Shown here in pieces: positions 13,002 through 26,712 of a stretch of DNA of 64,000 nt. Numbering within the stretch: the stretch's first letter is position 1; each line of letters starts with the position of its first letter. The translations under genes and the position numbers were made by a program. A model generated the notes under the pieces. That model searched no databases and was not told the origin of the DNA. It saw nothing but the letters and a program-made list of their open reading frames with translations. The DNA is from Felis catus (lineage: Eukaryota), in the NCBI RefSeq assembly GCF_018350175.1, contig NC_058368.1, forward strand, positions 42,286,001 through 42,350,000, given 5' to 3'.

Positions 13002-13226
13002 TTTATTTTTTAATGCTTATTTATTTTAAGAGAGAAAGTGAGAGAGAGAGAGAGCGAGCATGTGGCGGGGGAGGGGCAGAGAGAGGAAGAGAAAATCCCA
13101 AGCAGTCTCCCAATCAGGCTGTCAGTGCAAAGCCTGATAGGGGGCTTGATTCCAGGAACTGTGAGATCATGACCCGAGCCAAAATCAAGAGCGAGATAAT
13201 TTACTGACTGAGGCACCCAGGCGCCT
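13002..13226 (-). mobile_element. CAN-SINE, reverse orientation
   Basis: ttttattttttaatgcttatttatt...ctgaggcacccaggcgcc. Confidence 0.93.
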
Positions 13227-13769
13227 CTGGGTGTTATAAAACATATTTCTTGCTATTAATAACATTGATAACAGGAATACACTTCCAAACCAAGAAAAGG
13301 TATGATTAAAAAAAAAGTTCCCTTTTAGGAAAAGAGAAAAAATGTATCCGTACCCTAATTATTGCATATTAACGTAAATTCAATACCATTGAAGCATGGC
13401 ACCCTGTGGTCTTGTATTAGCACTCTTTTACAATTTTAAGCTCTTTTATAAAGATTTTTTGATTCAACTTTAGATGATAGGGGTCTGACAAGAATGAGTA
13501 GACTTTTTCATTCCCCTTCAGTGAAATAACAGAGACGATTCTGCTAGACTATTTACACAATATTTTTCTTATCATTTTGATTACCAAGAAACCTAAAATA
13601 GAGAATGAGACCACCAACACTAAATTGTGTTGATTTTCTTATCTCACTGTAGCAAGATGTTGTTTAAATTAATCTTGCAATTCGTAATGTTACACAATAA
13701 TCCAAACAGTTATGGGACACTTTAAAAAACAAAATACAACTTTTGTCCAGCTTCTAAGAGGTAGGAGCT

Positions 13770-13774
<5 letters not shown>

Positions 13775-13834
<60 letters not shown>
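13775..13834. repeat. (TG)n microsatellite, about 30 units
   Basis: Direct reading. Confidence 0.98.
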
Positions 13835-13838
<4 letters not shown>

Positions 13839-16631
13839 ATGTCTGTGTGTCCATAGAGAAGCAGAAGGAAGCAACCAGATAAGGTAGTTGGCTTCTTTTG
13901 AGACTCAACATGAAAAGAAATAAGAAATCAGAGTAAATATGATTCATACTCCTGACACTGAGCTCAGTAGTTCTGAATCCCTCTTTGCCTTTCTTTTAGC
14001 CTCTGCTCTTTTGAAGTTCTATTAGGTCTCTTTTTTATTCCCCTCAGTGGCACTGAAACTCTTTTAAGAGCTTGGAATCTGGGCTTGAAAACTGTGCTTG
14101 CAAGTAAGGATTTGTAGCAATTCGCTTCCTTTGGGTGACTTCAACATCTGATAGGCTTATTGAATGTTAGAGCTGAAAGGAATTTTAAAGATTCTTTTCT
14201 TAAACTCTATTATCAATGAAGAAATTAAGGCACAGAGATTGACTGACCCAACATCAAATATTCAGAGGCCAATAGATGACATATTTTGTTTTGGATGACG
14301 TTTGACATAGGGTAGAAATTATCTTAATTCCTTTTAATATAATTGAAGCAGAAAGAAATTCAGTCATATTCTCAATACCATATTTTAAATTATAGGCTTA
14401 CAGAGTTTAAAGGGACCTTTTAACCTAGTTCATTACTATTCTTACAAATTGCCTAGGTCACTCCCACGAAAAAGACTAATAACAAAGACCCATCAATAGA
14501 CTGAATTTAGACCATCTAGTTCATTCAATCCAGATGGCCATTCAATTTAATAGGAAAAAAAATCCCCCTAGAAGGGACTTATAACCAAATCTCAAGAAAC
14601 CATCTGCTTAACTCAATATTCAAATGTATTCATAAAACACATCTTTCTCAGTTCAACTCAAAATATCCCATGCTCAGAATTGGGGAGTTAAAAGGGCCAA
14701 TCAGATATTCTGAAAAATCAGCTAAAAAAGAGAGTCTCATGAATTTAAAAACCAAATACTATGAAATGAATATGGCCAAAATTATAGGTCTGTGTATTGT
14801 AACTGTATGTGTAATTTATCCATACAGTTTAGACCCTTTTGCGTTAATGGTTGATCGTGAGCGAGACTTAGCTGAATTTTCCCAACTTGTATTTTGTGCT
14901 TTTAAGCTAATTGACATTGTACACATCTTCTCAAAACACAGAATATTCTTTCTGATCTTATTCCTTAGTGAGCTTTCTAAAGCATGGAGAAGTATAGAAA
15001 TTTGGCCCCAGTCTTATTAAAATAAATAGCTAAACACAACAAGGAAGCTTTGCATAAGGAGGGAAAACTCATTCACACACAAACATCCAGTAAAGGACAC
15101 ATTCAGCAAATATTTACAAACTTTTAAATAAGCTATAGAAAGTACACATGAAAGAAAACAAAACCTTATTTTCTGTTGCTCATTAAACTGAAACTTGCAA
15201 ATGAAGTTTTCTTTGAAAATTAAAGTAACAACCTACTTTCCCCTATTTCAGTTGCCTATTTCATATATTGAGCATCAAGTAATAAAATATACACTTCACT
15301 TGTTGAAAACTTTATCCAATCATTGGATGGTTTATGTTGATTTCAAGTTCGACAAGACAACAACTTTTGCTCAATTTATTCTTCATAAACAAACAGAGTA
15401 CACGTTAACATCAACTGCCATAAAATCAGGCCTTTGGGAAGGTGTCACATATAAAAGTGGGGCACCCCTGCTTCATACATGATATTAAGTACATATTAAG
15501 GACCAAAAATGTTTTCCAGCTTTCCTCATCCTTCAACAGCCTGAGTCAAATGACTCACAATATTCTAGACACATTTTGCATTTTAAATCCTTTTTGAAAC
15601 ATAACAACAAATGAGTTATTTGATTATCATAATCAAAAACACTAATCACTACAGTCTTGATGAAAATTCAGACATTATCTCAAGAGGGTTCTGGCCCAAT
15701 AAATGTGTTGACATGCTATTTGTTTTTATGATGGTTATTCATTGTGATTCAGTGTAAAATAAGCTTATGGAAAAGTGACAAATACTTGGTGTGAGAATCC
15801 AACACAGACAGAAAGTACATAAGAGAGAATCTACCAGAAGACCCCTTTTAATTTCATTACTAAGTTAAATAAATACACAAATATCCTCTTATTAAAATGT
15901 TTCCAGAGTAATAATTGTCTTTATTTATATGAACAATTCTGTAAATGTAAAGTGCCATGTTTTCACTTTAAATTATGTATATAACAAAGTACTTAAGACA
16001 TCTCCCTCTACTATACCCAAACACTCTGAAGAGACACCCCAACATGCAAGACACATTCACCTCTCTCCCGTTCCTTCTCCCATACAACCTTGCACATTAG
16101 GAAAGTGCCTCAGGCACCCAGACAAGCAAAATCTAAGATGACCATGTCTTGTGCTGAAACTGCTGTATATGCTATTTTCAAAAAAAAAAAAAAAATGAGT
16201 TCTTTTTCCCCAATGCTTTCATGGAAATGGATGTCAAGATAAAGAAAAGAAAGTCTCAGTTGGTGACTGAAGTTGAAATTGAAGGGTTGGAGTATACAAG
16301 GTCCCAGCAGCAGTCATGTATAAGTTTGACAAAACCATACAGAGAAAGTAAGCAGACGTTTCCAGAAATGCACAGGCACCAAGTGTAAAAGGAGAGAGGG
16401 ACGCAGACAGTGAGTGAGACACATAAAAATACATGGAGAAAGTACTTCATTTATCATTCTCTGTTCCACTTTAGATAAGAATCTGAGTGTTCTTCATTCT
16501 CTTTCGTTGGATTCCAGGTTATCTATTTTTAATCTAGCTGCTGTAAATGAATTTCTCTTTCTTATAACCACAAGTGTCTTCATCATCAACTTTCTTAATT
16601 GTATATATTAAACTTTATTAAGACTTTTTTT

Positions 16632-16843
16632 CTTTAAATTGACATGATTGGAACCATTTTATTTTTCTTTTTGAGAGAGAGACAGAGGGAAAGTGAGGGG
16701 CAGGGAGAGAGGGAGCCCTAAGCAGGGCATGGGCTGACAGTGCGGAGCCCCAACACAGGGCTTGATCTCATGAACCATGGGATCGTGACATGAGCAGAAA
16801 TCGAGAGTTGGACGCTTAACTGACTGAGCCACCCAGGTGCCCC
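16632..16843 (-). mobile_element. CAN-SINE
   Basis: Reverse SINE; TSD aagacttttttt at 16620 and 16844. Confidence 0.93.
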
Positions 16844-17199
16844 AAGACTTTTTTTAAACCTTACTTTATGTCACTTTATTACTCTTCTTTTGCAGTTAAG
16901 GCTAAGACAAGGAAAGGGAAACATTTTCAAAAAGAAAATAGAATGTGTCTTAATTTATCATTTAACAGTTTTTTATAATTGTTATAGTTAAAATTTTCAC
17001 TAATTTTCCCCTCTTGAAAAAAAATAAGTACAGAAGAATATGCCCAGGTATCAGATGGATGCCCCACTATTTCTAGGTTATCATGATAAGACCACTAAGT
17101 ATTCCTGACATGCCAAATGGGTTTAAATCTAAATAATGATATAACTTTGCCAGTTAATTTACTTATAATTAATCTAAGTCTCAGAGTACTTTCAACACT

Positions 17200-17870
17200 C
17201 TCTTTTCCACATATTTCTCTTGTTCGGCACTTTGGAAAGAGTATTCTGCACCTTCTATTGTCAACTACCTCATTCCTCAATTATGCATCACCTTCCTTAA
17301 CATTTGACAAAAACTACTTGGAAAGCCTCCACTCTTCTTTCTTTCCCTTTTCTTATAATGTTAATCTCTCTTTTCCTCAATAATTCTCTTCATTTCAGTA
17401 TCCTTGACTGTTCCTTTCTTACTGGAAGCATCTTCTATATTGGTGTTGGTCAAGTCCACATTTTTTGTTAGCTTATTTTCTCATTAGTCCTTATCTCTCT
17501 GGGAAACTTCATGTAATTCCATATCTTTAATAATGTCATATACACCTTTAAGTGATGATACCCAAATTCACTGCTTCAGAACCAAGTATTTTCCTATGCT
17601 TCATTGTGCATTTTTAAATGTTTGCTTAAATACTCCATCTAAGAGTATCTTAAAACCTCATCTTAAAACCAACTCACCCAAAGTCCCACTTATTGGCTTA
17701 CACCCTCCTTACTCTTTTTCCTTGTGCATCCAGAGCAAATATAACTTTCTGAACATTCCTTGCTCTGAATAATAATCAGCTGTTTTTGTGCCTATTTTCC
17801 CCTTGATGTTCCAGTGCTGTGCATAGTGTCTAGCAGGTTGTATATTCTTAAAACTGTTTTTGAATTAAAA
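17200..17870 (+). mobile_element. L2 relic (degraded 3' part)
   Basis: Pyrimidine-rich body with tgatgatacccaaatt motif and end ccagtgctgtgcatagtgtctagca...tgtttttgaatt. Confidence 0.5.
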
Positions 17871-19726
17871 TATTCAGTATTTTCAATTTCAAATTCTACT
17901 TTGGAACCACAACATACATTGGCATTCACAGAACTCCATAGATCTGCTACAGCTAATTGGAAGTATTGAATATTTGGGATTGTTTCATTCAGACAGGTTG
18001 GTTACATGCAGGCAAAGTCTTCAGAGTGTTCTCGTGGAAAAAGCTTTGTATTCACTGTAACACCATGAGCAAATGGTTATGTCCTTATGGGGATAATGAC
18101 CCCTTTCCTGACTGTCAAGGAAGGTGGCTAAGAGGCTTAAATAAGTCAATTAGATTGTGAAAGAATTTGAAAACTATGAGGGGCTATAAAAATCAGGTTC
18201 TGTTAATTAATATTAACATTTAAAATTATATACAACATGTTCCATCTATTCCTTGTTCAGTTTTAAAGCTAGCATGATGTTCATTTTTCAAAACAACAGA
18301 TTAGGGCAATGTTTTAACATTCTTTTCCTTTTTAAGTATATTCATATAACTGATAATATTTCTGCTCCCTAGAATCATATAAATAATATGCTGTCTATGA
18401 CCCTGACAACACTGTCCCAAAAATAAACATTGGCACACTATTGTTCAGAAGGACATGTGCTTTGTATCTAAATACTGCATTTACTTATATACTCTTGGCC
18501 TTGTAAGAGACTTGACTTAATGAACCCACATATTTTACTATGTGTGCTTTTAACTTTTACTCAAGAATAATAGGAATAAAGTTTCCCCCCTATATTTTCA
18601 AGCAAGGTATGCAGAATAAGAATTTAAGGAAATATTCCAAAATGAATTCAGTTTCCTGATAAACTAAGATAAACTCAGTTTAAGTGATGTCAATATCAAA
18701 ATTAACTGTATGTTGGTTGTCACTAATTCTCAGGACTTTGATCACAACTTCCTGAAAATTCCTGAGCTGCAGCATTAATCTCCTTGAAAGGGAGACACTC
18801 AATTTACAGTGTATTTTGCATGTCCCTAAACAGGTCTTGAATGATGAATTTCACTGTCTGACTGAGGTGGTTTACCTCAGCACATAATTTCTTATATTAA
18901 TAACCTTCCCCTCAGGAGCTGAATGACCTTCTATAAATACAATCCCTTCATTCAATCAAAAAATTAAAGCCTGTAACCACCTCGCAATTCATCATCTTTT
19001 TTATAGGCAATTGTTGAAGCAGAAACAAAACACATATCCCCAATCCTCAACCCATGTAATGCAAAATTATGCAGCCTTCTGCACTTATGTAACATAGATA
19101 TATTGAAAATTATGTAGCATTTTGTGTTCCAAATCAATTCTATTGAGTGAATTCTTGTTTCCAGTGAGCCATAATTTTCAGAGAAAAAAAAATAACCCCT
19201 TTCCAAAATCAAAGGCATCCTAAAACAATAACCTCCTGAATGTTTGCATATTTTCAATCAGTATTTAAAAAATGCCTCTTCATATGAATGCTTCAACAAT
19301 TATGGTGAAGCCAGATTATAGGGTTATTCTTGGAATCTGCAAGACTACCATTTACATGAAACTATCTAAGAGTGAATCTCAGAGTTTAGTAATGGAGGCT
19401 TCCTCTTTGAGCAAGATTGATGAATGTTTGTACTGAATTTCATTATGCATAAAGACCATAAAGTATATACTCAACAAACTGACATAAGTTCTTAGTTCAG
19501 CTTGCAAAGATCTCTACCTGAAAAACACAATCTAGAGCAGATAATAGAGTTATGTCAGAGAATTCTCTGGTAAACCAGGAAACATTAGTTAAAAAGCTTC
19601 AGGTGATTAGATTTCCAAAGTGAAAAAATGAGGAATATTGGATAAGCATTTTAAAATTCAATATTCTTAACTACATTTAATATTGTAACTATGGAAGCAG
19701 AGATTGTATTTATGTAAGAAATAGGA

Positions 19727-19872
19727 TTTTTTTTAAATATGAAATTTATTGTCAAATTGGTTTCCATACAACATCCAGTGCTCATCCAACAGGTGCCCTC
19801 CTCAATACCCATCATTGACCCTCCCCTCCCTCCCACCCCCCATCAACCCTCAGTTTGTTCTCAGTTCTCAGT
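19727..19872 (-). mobile_element. Very short 5'-truncated felid L1 (3' UTR end only)
   Basis: aatatgaaatttattgtcaaattggtttccatacaacatccagtgctcatcc... matches a feline L1 3' terminus; flanking taggattttttt duplication. Confidence 0.85.
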
Positions 19873-19932
19873 AAGTAGGATTTTTTTAATACTAACAACC
19901 AGTATTACATTCAGACTAGTTCTCTTTATCAG

Positions 19933-20032
19933 GCAGACAACTAAATCAACTTGAACAGGTTCTACTGGCTAATCCAGTTGATAAAACTAAGGTGAAGGGC
20001 TATATTTATTGCATATGGTCCTCTCATATCAG
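19933..20032 (+). other. Candidate plus-strand exon (100 nt), antisense to the minus-strand model
   Basis: TACTAAC at 19890-19896, acceptor ttctctttatcAG, donor CAG|GTAAGT; one open frame (RQLNQLEQVLLANPVDKTKVKGYIYCIWSSHI). Confidence 0.4.
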
Positions 20033-20857
20033 GTAAGTAATCTTTATTTTACCAAAGTTATATAAAGGGAAAATCAACTTCAGTGGAAGACCTAAAGTGT
20101 ACCACATGAACACACACATATTACGTGAATATATGCTTTGCATAAATCAAGAGAAAAAGCACATATTCAGACCTACTGGATAAGTTGGAAAGACTGAAAC
20201 ATAGCACCTCTCCTTCAGAATCTTGGACCTCAAAGGAAGACCGCAGTACAAAAAAAAAATCATTTCAAATGAGGTGGACTGTTATTTGAATGCTTCCTAA
20301 ATGAGTATACTGGAGTTGAGTTGGGTGATGAGCAAAACTTCTGGGGAAATATTCAAAACTATCCTAATAGTAACAATTCTAACAGTCATTTAAACTATTC
20401 TAAAATGGATTCAATGATATTGGTAGTAGTTTTAATAAATTAACCATTTTAGAACAGTTAAGACTGTTAACTTAAAAATATTGTTACATGAACAGCACTA
20501 TGGAGAGGATTACAAAAATTAGGCAAACTCTGTCAACTATGCCATGATATGACTCACTAGCTGGGTTAACTTGTTTCATGTTTAAGTGATATCAATATTT
20601 GTCTTCCTTTCATATAGAGAGACCATGCCATCTTTTCCATTTATTATACTCAATCATGTGATTGACTATGCCCAGATAAAATGATTGTGCAGAAATTAAA
20701 TGGGATGCAAATGTATAATTCATCACAAATTGTTGATTTCATATTATACAAATGTTTTAGAATATATAAAAGATATATCTAATTATAAATATCAAGTGAC
20801 ACATTTCTAGGGAAATAAAAAGATCCGTTATTTCTTCTTCAATTCCAGGAGAACTAC

Positions 20858-20898
20858 CTCTCTGCCTTCTTTTTACAAAGACCATTCTTTCCCCTGAC
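20858..20898 (-). CDS. Candidate 41-nt internal exon, VRGKNGLCKKKAE+AG (phase 0/2)
   Basis: Strong acceptor tgtctttctctcttAG (20900-20899); weak donor GAG|GTAGTT; phases fit exon 28653 upstream and exons 8239 or 6678 downstream. Confidence 0.35.
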
Positions 20899-22034
20899 CT
20901 AAGAGAGAAAGACAGTACATTCAAATTGCTTCTGAATGGGCAGGAGAGCAGACTCAATGGGCACTAATAGGCATTTTCTATCTTTAATTTTCATTATTCC
21001 TTCAGAGATGTGTGGGAGGAAGGTAATAGGAGAAATTAATTCCAGCAACTCACCCAGAAGTAACTTCCTTATGTTCACATCCTCACTGAGCTTTTGGCTT
21101 GAATAACTTCGTTGGTGGACAAACATTACCACTGCCTCATGCTTGGAAAGTTCTGAATGTAATTGTCTGTCAATGATATGATGATTTATAATGCAATCTG
21201 TTCCCAATGCTAGTGCTGCAGATAACTCTAATTTGCCTCTCTTTGTATTAGGTATGAAGGGCTTGACAGTCCTGCTCAGTTTTACAGTTTAGCCTTTCTT
21301 TAGGTGATACAGCCACTCAAAATACATCTCCCTTCGATTCTCATTAGGGAAAGGATAGTGCTACCAAGACTATTATTGCAATGGTCATATTTTTCTAACT
21401 CATTTAGTTTTTCATCTTATTAAAAATCTTATTACATTAGTAAATGTTTATAAATAAACAGAACTAGGAGTGTATGTTTATTAGCTTTTAGGTATATCTT
21501 ATCTAATATTCTCTTGGCATCACTAGAGTATGAAAAGAGGAGATGCTTTATGCGCAATGAGAACCTGAGACTATGATATGGCAATGTACCATGATTCAGA
21601 CAACTAAAAAAAATACACACAAATCTGAAAAGATGAAATCACTAGTGAATAGGTGTATTATTGTATGTCCATTACCTGAAGAGCAGAAAATGGCATCATT
21701 CATACAATTTTTCCAGATTCACAGAACTAATATTTAAGGTATGCTACACCTGGCTAACACACATATGCAGTTATATAATTGGCACATTTGATAACTAATT
21801 ACATGTTACCAAATCTTTCCTATGAAGAATAAGTGAGATGCGAAAAAGAGCACGTCTTTTAGGCATGTACATAATTATATGTAAACTTTGTTTCATAACA
21901 GAGTTATTTCTGAAAATTTTGTATTCAAATGTTTTAACTTTATAAATTGAATAAAGATTCCATTTTAATCAAGATAATCAACATGTATAGTTCTATATGA
22001 TTGGGGTTATTTTAATATCCAAGTTAAAATCAAA

Positions 22035-22290
22035 AGCTTATAATTATAGGCAACATTACTATGTGCCAAATATAGTTCCAAGTAATTCAAATGTATCATC
22101 CTTTTTTAATCTTCATAACTACCCAACAGAATGTATGCACTCTCCATCCTCATTTTATTAGGTAATGAAACCTAGGCATAGAGTAAATAAGTAATTTTCT
22201 CAGTGTCACAAAGCTAATTGGTTAGAAAGCCCACTTGTGAGTTCTCTGCCATAGTGATAGGGTCCTAATGTTGACAACTGCACTCTTCTG
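22035..22290 (-). mobile_element. MIR relic
   Basis: ttactatgtgccaaata...cattttattaggtaatgaaacctaggcatagag...gtcacaaagctaa. Confidence 0.65.
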
Positions 22291-23585
22291 CCACAGCATT
22301 TTTAATGCGGGTGAAGTAGATTCTAGGAATCAACAAAAAGTTATTAATACACCTCCATAGTTCTTTCCATTTTACTAGCTATGGCCTATTTCATGAAACT
22401 GTTGTCTGGTGCTTTAATACAATACTTAACCTATCAATGCAATTTCATAATTTTATGCTTTAAAAAGGTTTAAAGAAATAGGATCCTCCTGTTTCATCTA
22501 CTCCCTGCAATGAGCTTTCAGCCTGAGGTTCTAAAAGCATGAAGTCATGTTGGCACAGAATTAAAGCAGGAAGGAAGAGGGCCAAGAAAAGTAACATAAG
22601 AGAAATAAAGAGACCACCTACTCTTAAGTCCTGTAACCTAAAAGACAGCTATTCTTAAATTTTATTTTATCCTTAACATATTTGAAAAACACTTATTTAC
22701 TCCCTTTCAATTTTGTTTTTCAACTTGTATTACATAAAACTTTCTGAAAATTTCTTTGGGTGAGAACTCAGTGTGGTCACCAATCCATGAACAAGTAGCC
22801 ACCTGCCCCCTCACAGGAAGTGCATCATTTAAAAACTCATGTAATTTATAAATCACTCTTCTTAGCTCTCATCAAATCAAATAATGTTACATTTAAAATA
22901 TATTCACACCTTATCTCAGGCAGTCCTCAAATCCAGACCGAGCAGAATGGATTAAAAAACAATTACCCTTCAGGTAGTACTTCTTTGAACATAATAAGAT
23001 CCCCATTGCAATGTGTTCTCCCCACCATGTTACTGTTTTTAAATATATTATACAGGTAACCACATGCTTTGTGTGGAGAGAAAAATGTAAAACATATAGT
23101 ATGTGTACTCTGTACATATTCTTAATCAACTACTTTATAATTAGGTCTAAACACAGGGTAAGAATTTTGATGATCTTAGTAATGCTCGTTAAAATGAGAT
23201 TCTACCAGTATTCAAATGTACTAGGGAAGCTCTTCATTTAAAGAAAATCCATAAGTAATTTCATCATGTACTAATTAAAGCAAACAAATAAAAATACAAT
23301 CTGGAAATGTGTATAACCAGTCTCTTAAATATTTTGAAAATTATATTATTAATACAAATGAATAGAAAAGTACACATACATGAGCATACATAAAGTATAC
23401 ACATATGAAAAATGTTTTTAAATACCTACAGGTATGATAAATATTAGAGAATTTCACTGCTCAGAGTGTTTAGAATCTCAGGTTGGCTTCTGTAGTTAAA
23501 TAACTATATAAATCTATAGGGGTTGGGATCAGTAGAATGCCACAAGGCAAACTGGCATGCTGTGATACAGCATATAAATCCTTGA

Positions 23586-23810
23586 TTTTTTTTAACATTT
23601 TTTAAGTTTATTTATTTATTTTGAGAGACTCAGAGACAGCTTGAGTGAGGGATGGGCAGAGAGAGAGGGAGAGAGAGAAAATCCCAAGCAGATTCCTCAG
23701 TGTCAGCACAGAGCCCAACGTGGGACCCCCAACTCATGAAACTGTGGGATCATGACCTGATCTGAAACTAAGAGTTGGACATTTAACCAGCTGAGCCATC
23801 CAGGCACCCC
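23586..23810 (-). mobile_element. CAN-SINE
   Basis: Reverse SINE ending ctgagccatccaggcacccc. Confidence 0.93.
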
Positions 23811-26042
23811 TCTTTTTAAAACTCACAAGGTGAGATGAGTACATGAATGAATGGCACAAATATAAACATAAATTTTTGTAAGAGACACGAAAGATCTCAG
23901 CAAATGATATGAATTTGTCAAACAGGAAATAGGAAGAATATAAATCATAAAACTAAAGGGATAAATGACCTACAAATAAACTTTAAACTTATTCTTTGTC
24001 AATTTGATTCAACTATCAATATTATATTCTCAAATAGTTTAAAATGAGCTAAGAATACTGTTATGATAAATGACTATTCAAAAATTTTAAAATATGATTT
24101 CCAAATATTCTTTTATTTGATTTTATTTCAAAATCAAAAATGTCTTACAATGGTGAAAATAATTCACTTTCCCATGTTCACAGTCCTAAAAGCCTTCAAT
24201 TTACATTTGTGTCTCTATGCCAAATCTCTAATATGCACCTCATAAAATGTTTTGCCTAATATATCATCATTTAATATTTTGATAACTCTGTATGTGTTCC
24301 TTTTGGGGTCCTATGTAGAGGGGCCACAATGCACAGATTTAATTTAACTAAATCACACTGGAATCTAAAAGTTTGTTTTTCCCTGAACACAATCTTTAAC
24401 TTCAATTCCCTGTTTATTTTGAGTTTGAGTTTGACACGATGACAGAGTCATCAGTTGTTATCTGTTGTTCTATTTAACTTGTTAAGTCGATTGTATGTTC
24501 TCTCCTTATTCTTATTACATCTTCAATGCCTCTTTTGTTAATGACATATTTGGATGCTTTTAAAATTATTTATATTCCCTTTATCAAATACTTTCTATCA
24601 TACAAATGCATTATAATATAATAATATATAGTAAAATAAATAGATAACAGAATAAAAAATTTTTCCTAACAATTTCTGTGGTAATCCTTAAAATAAAGCT
24701 TTGTCTCTGGATATGGTAACTTAATTATAATTAATTATTTTGCAGGGCTTAATTTATTTATTATCTATATATAATGATCTGAATAAAACTTCCATGGCAA
24801 TAGCAATACCTGAATTGCATTATTATATTTCCAAATATTATTTTACTTTTCAAACCCTTATTTTCCTAGAGAAGCACCATTAACTAACATACTGAATTTC
24901 CCCAAAAAACAGTACCCTTATATGGCTTTATCATTGCATGTGGCTCCCATCTTGTCTGAGCACTTGGAGGCAGGTGCTCCTTACTGATAATTCCTGAACA
25001 CAATATCCTGTTCCCTTTCTTGACTACTATGTACTACCTATGAAAAAAAAATTCATTATTTTTTTTATGTTATATCTTTCTTCTTTAGGTAAGTTAAAAG
25101 ACATTTGAAATACCCTAAAAATAACACTCAATATTTCAAGTAATTGAAGCTCTCATGCTTTGTGTTGATACAATCTCCTTCATTCCCTCCCTCTCACACA
25201 TGCCCCTATTGGTAACCAATACTATGTCACCACCCTCTCAATCCAAACTTCTTATTCTCTTCTAATTAATATCACATCACTCTAATTGGGCTTTCCATTT
25301 GTAAGCTGCATGGATTAATATTTGTATTGTTATGTTAATTAGCTCTAGGTACCAAGGATGATCTCTACAACCAAGAACCAGAATCACCATTCTGGAATGT
25401 TGCTGTAATAACATTGGCATGAGCTGGTGTTTCCTGGAGATCATCCATGTAAATTTAATTATTGAGGTATTTAAAGATCATGTTATAAGACTGTTTCACC
25501 ACCAAGGCAAACAGTTACATAGCATAGGTATTCAGATCAGCATTATGAAGTGGTTTCAGTATAATTCCATGAGCATTTATCAAGTACCTACGTGTGCCCC
25601 ACACTACATTTTTCTGTGCTAAGTGCTTGGGGATAGAGTCTTTATTTTATATGAGCTAGCAAACATTCTCTTAGGAGTGAAAGACACATAAAAATCAGTA
25701 AAACACAATATAAAGAATTGCCTAGAAGAAGTTCACACAAAGGTACTAAAGTAGATTCACAGGACTGGACTAGGAAAGTATGTTCAAGGAACATTAGGAT
25801 GGCTTTCTAATGAGAGATTTCTCGGTACCACTCTTCTCCATTGACTCTCACTCAGATCATAATTTTTTTTTTCAAGAAAGAATAAAGTCTTCAGTTGGAT
25901 AAATGACCTTAACATTACCACAAGAGTTGCAATAACTAATTTTGAATCTTAGCTCTGAATGACATAATGTACACCAAGTTTTCAGAAGAGTGCCTAGTGC
26001 GTAGTGTTTACTAGGCCTGCTATAACAAAGTACCACAAACTA

Positions 26043-26204
26043 GGGCACCAGGGTGTCCTCAGGCATTTAAGTGTCCGACTTTGGCTCAGGTCATGATTTC
26101 TTGGTTTGTGAGTTCGAGCCCTGTATTGGGCTCTGTACTAACAGCTCAGAGACTGGAGCCTGCTTCAGATTCTGTGTCTTCCTCCCTCTTTGCCCCTCCC
26201 CTGC

Positions 26205-26263
<59 letters not shown>

Positions 26264-26294
26264 AAAAAATAAACCCTTAAAAAAATAAAAAAAT
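26043..26294 (+). mobile_element. CAN-SINE nested in MLT1
   Basis: TSD aaagtaccRcaaact (26027-26041 / 26295-26309). Confidence 0.95.
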
Positions 26295-26375
26295 AAAGTA
26301 CCGCAAACTGGCTTAAACAACAGCAATTCATTTTCTCACAATTCTGGAGGCTAGCAGTTCAAAATTAAAGTGCCA

Positions 26376-26563
26376 TCCATTAGAGCTCATTCGGTTGAGC
26401 ATCCAACTTCAGCTTAGGTCATGATCTCGTGGTTCATGGGTTCCAGCCCCACATCAAGCACTGTGCTGTCAGTCTGTCAGCACGAGGCCCGCTTTGGGTC
26501 CTGTCCTCTTCTCTCTCTGCCCCTCTCCTGCTCCTGCTCTCTCAAAAAATAAATAAAACATGA

Positions 26564-26618
<55 letters not shown>

Positions 26619-26712
26619 GAAGGAAGGAAGGAAGGAAGGAAGGAAGGAAGGAAGGAAGGAAGGAAGGAAGGAAGGAAGGAAGGAAGGAAGGAAGGAAAAG
26701 GAAGAAAGAAAG
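26376..26712 (+). mobile_element. 5'-truncated CAN-SINE nested in MLT1 with (GAAA)n(GGAA)n tail
   Basis: TSD aaagtgcca (26367-26375 / 26713-26721); tail about 14 GAAA then about 20 GGAA units. Confidence 0.92.

Noticed and set aside
14670..15482. 116-aa and 95-aa plus-strand ORFs
   Set aside because: No splice support or recognisable motif; composition typical of chance ORFs in AT-rich DNA
20899..21207. 102-aa minus-strand ORF (MGTDCIINHH...)
   Set aside because: Non-ATG start, and its 3' end is the pyrimidine tract and AG of the 20898 acceptor, so it is better read as intron
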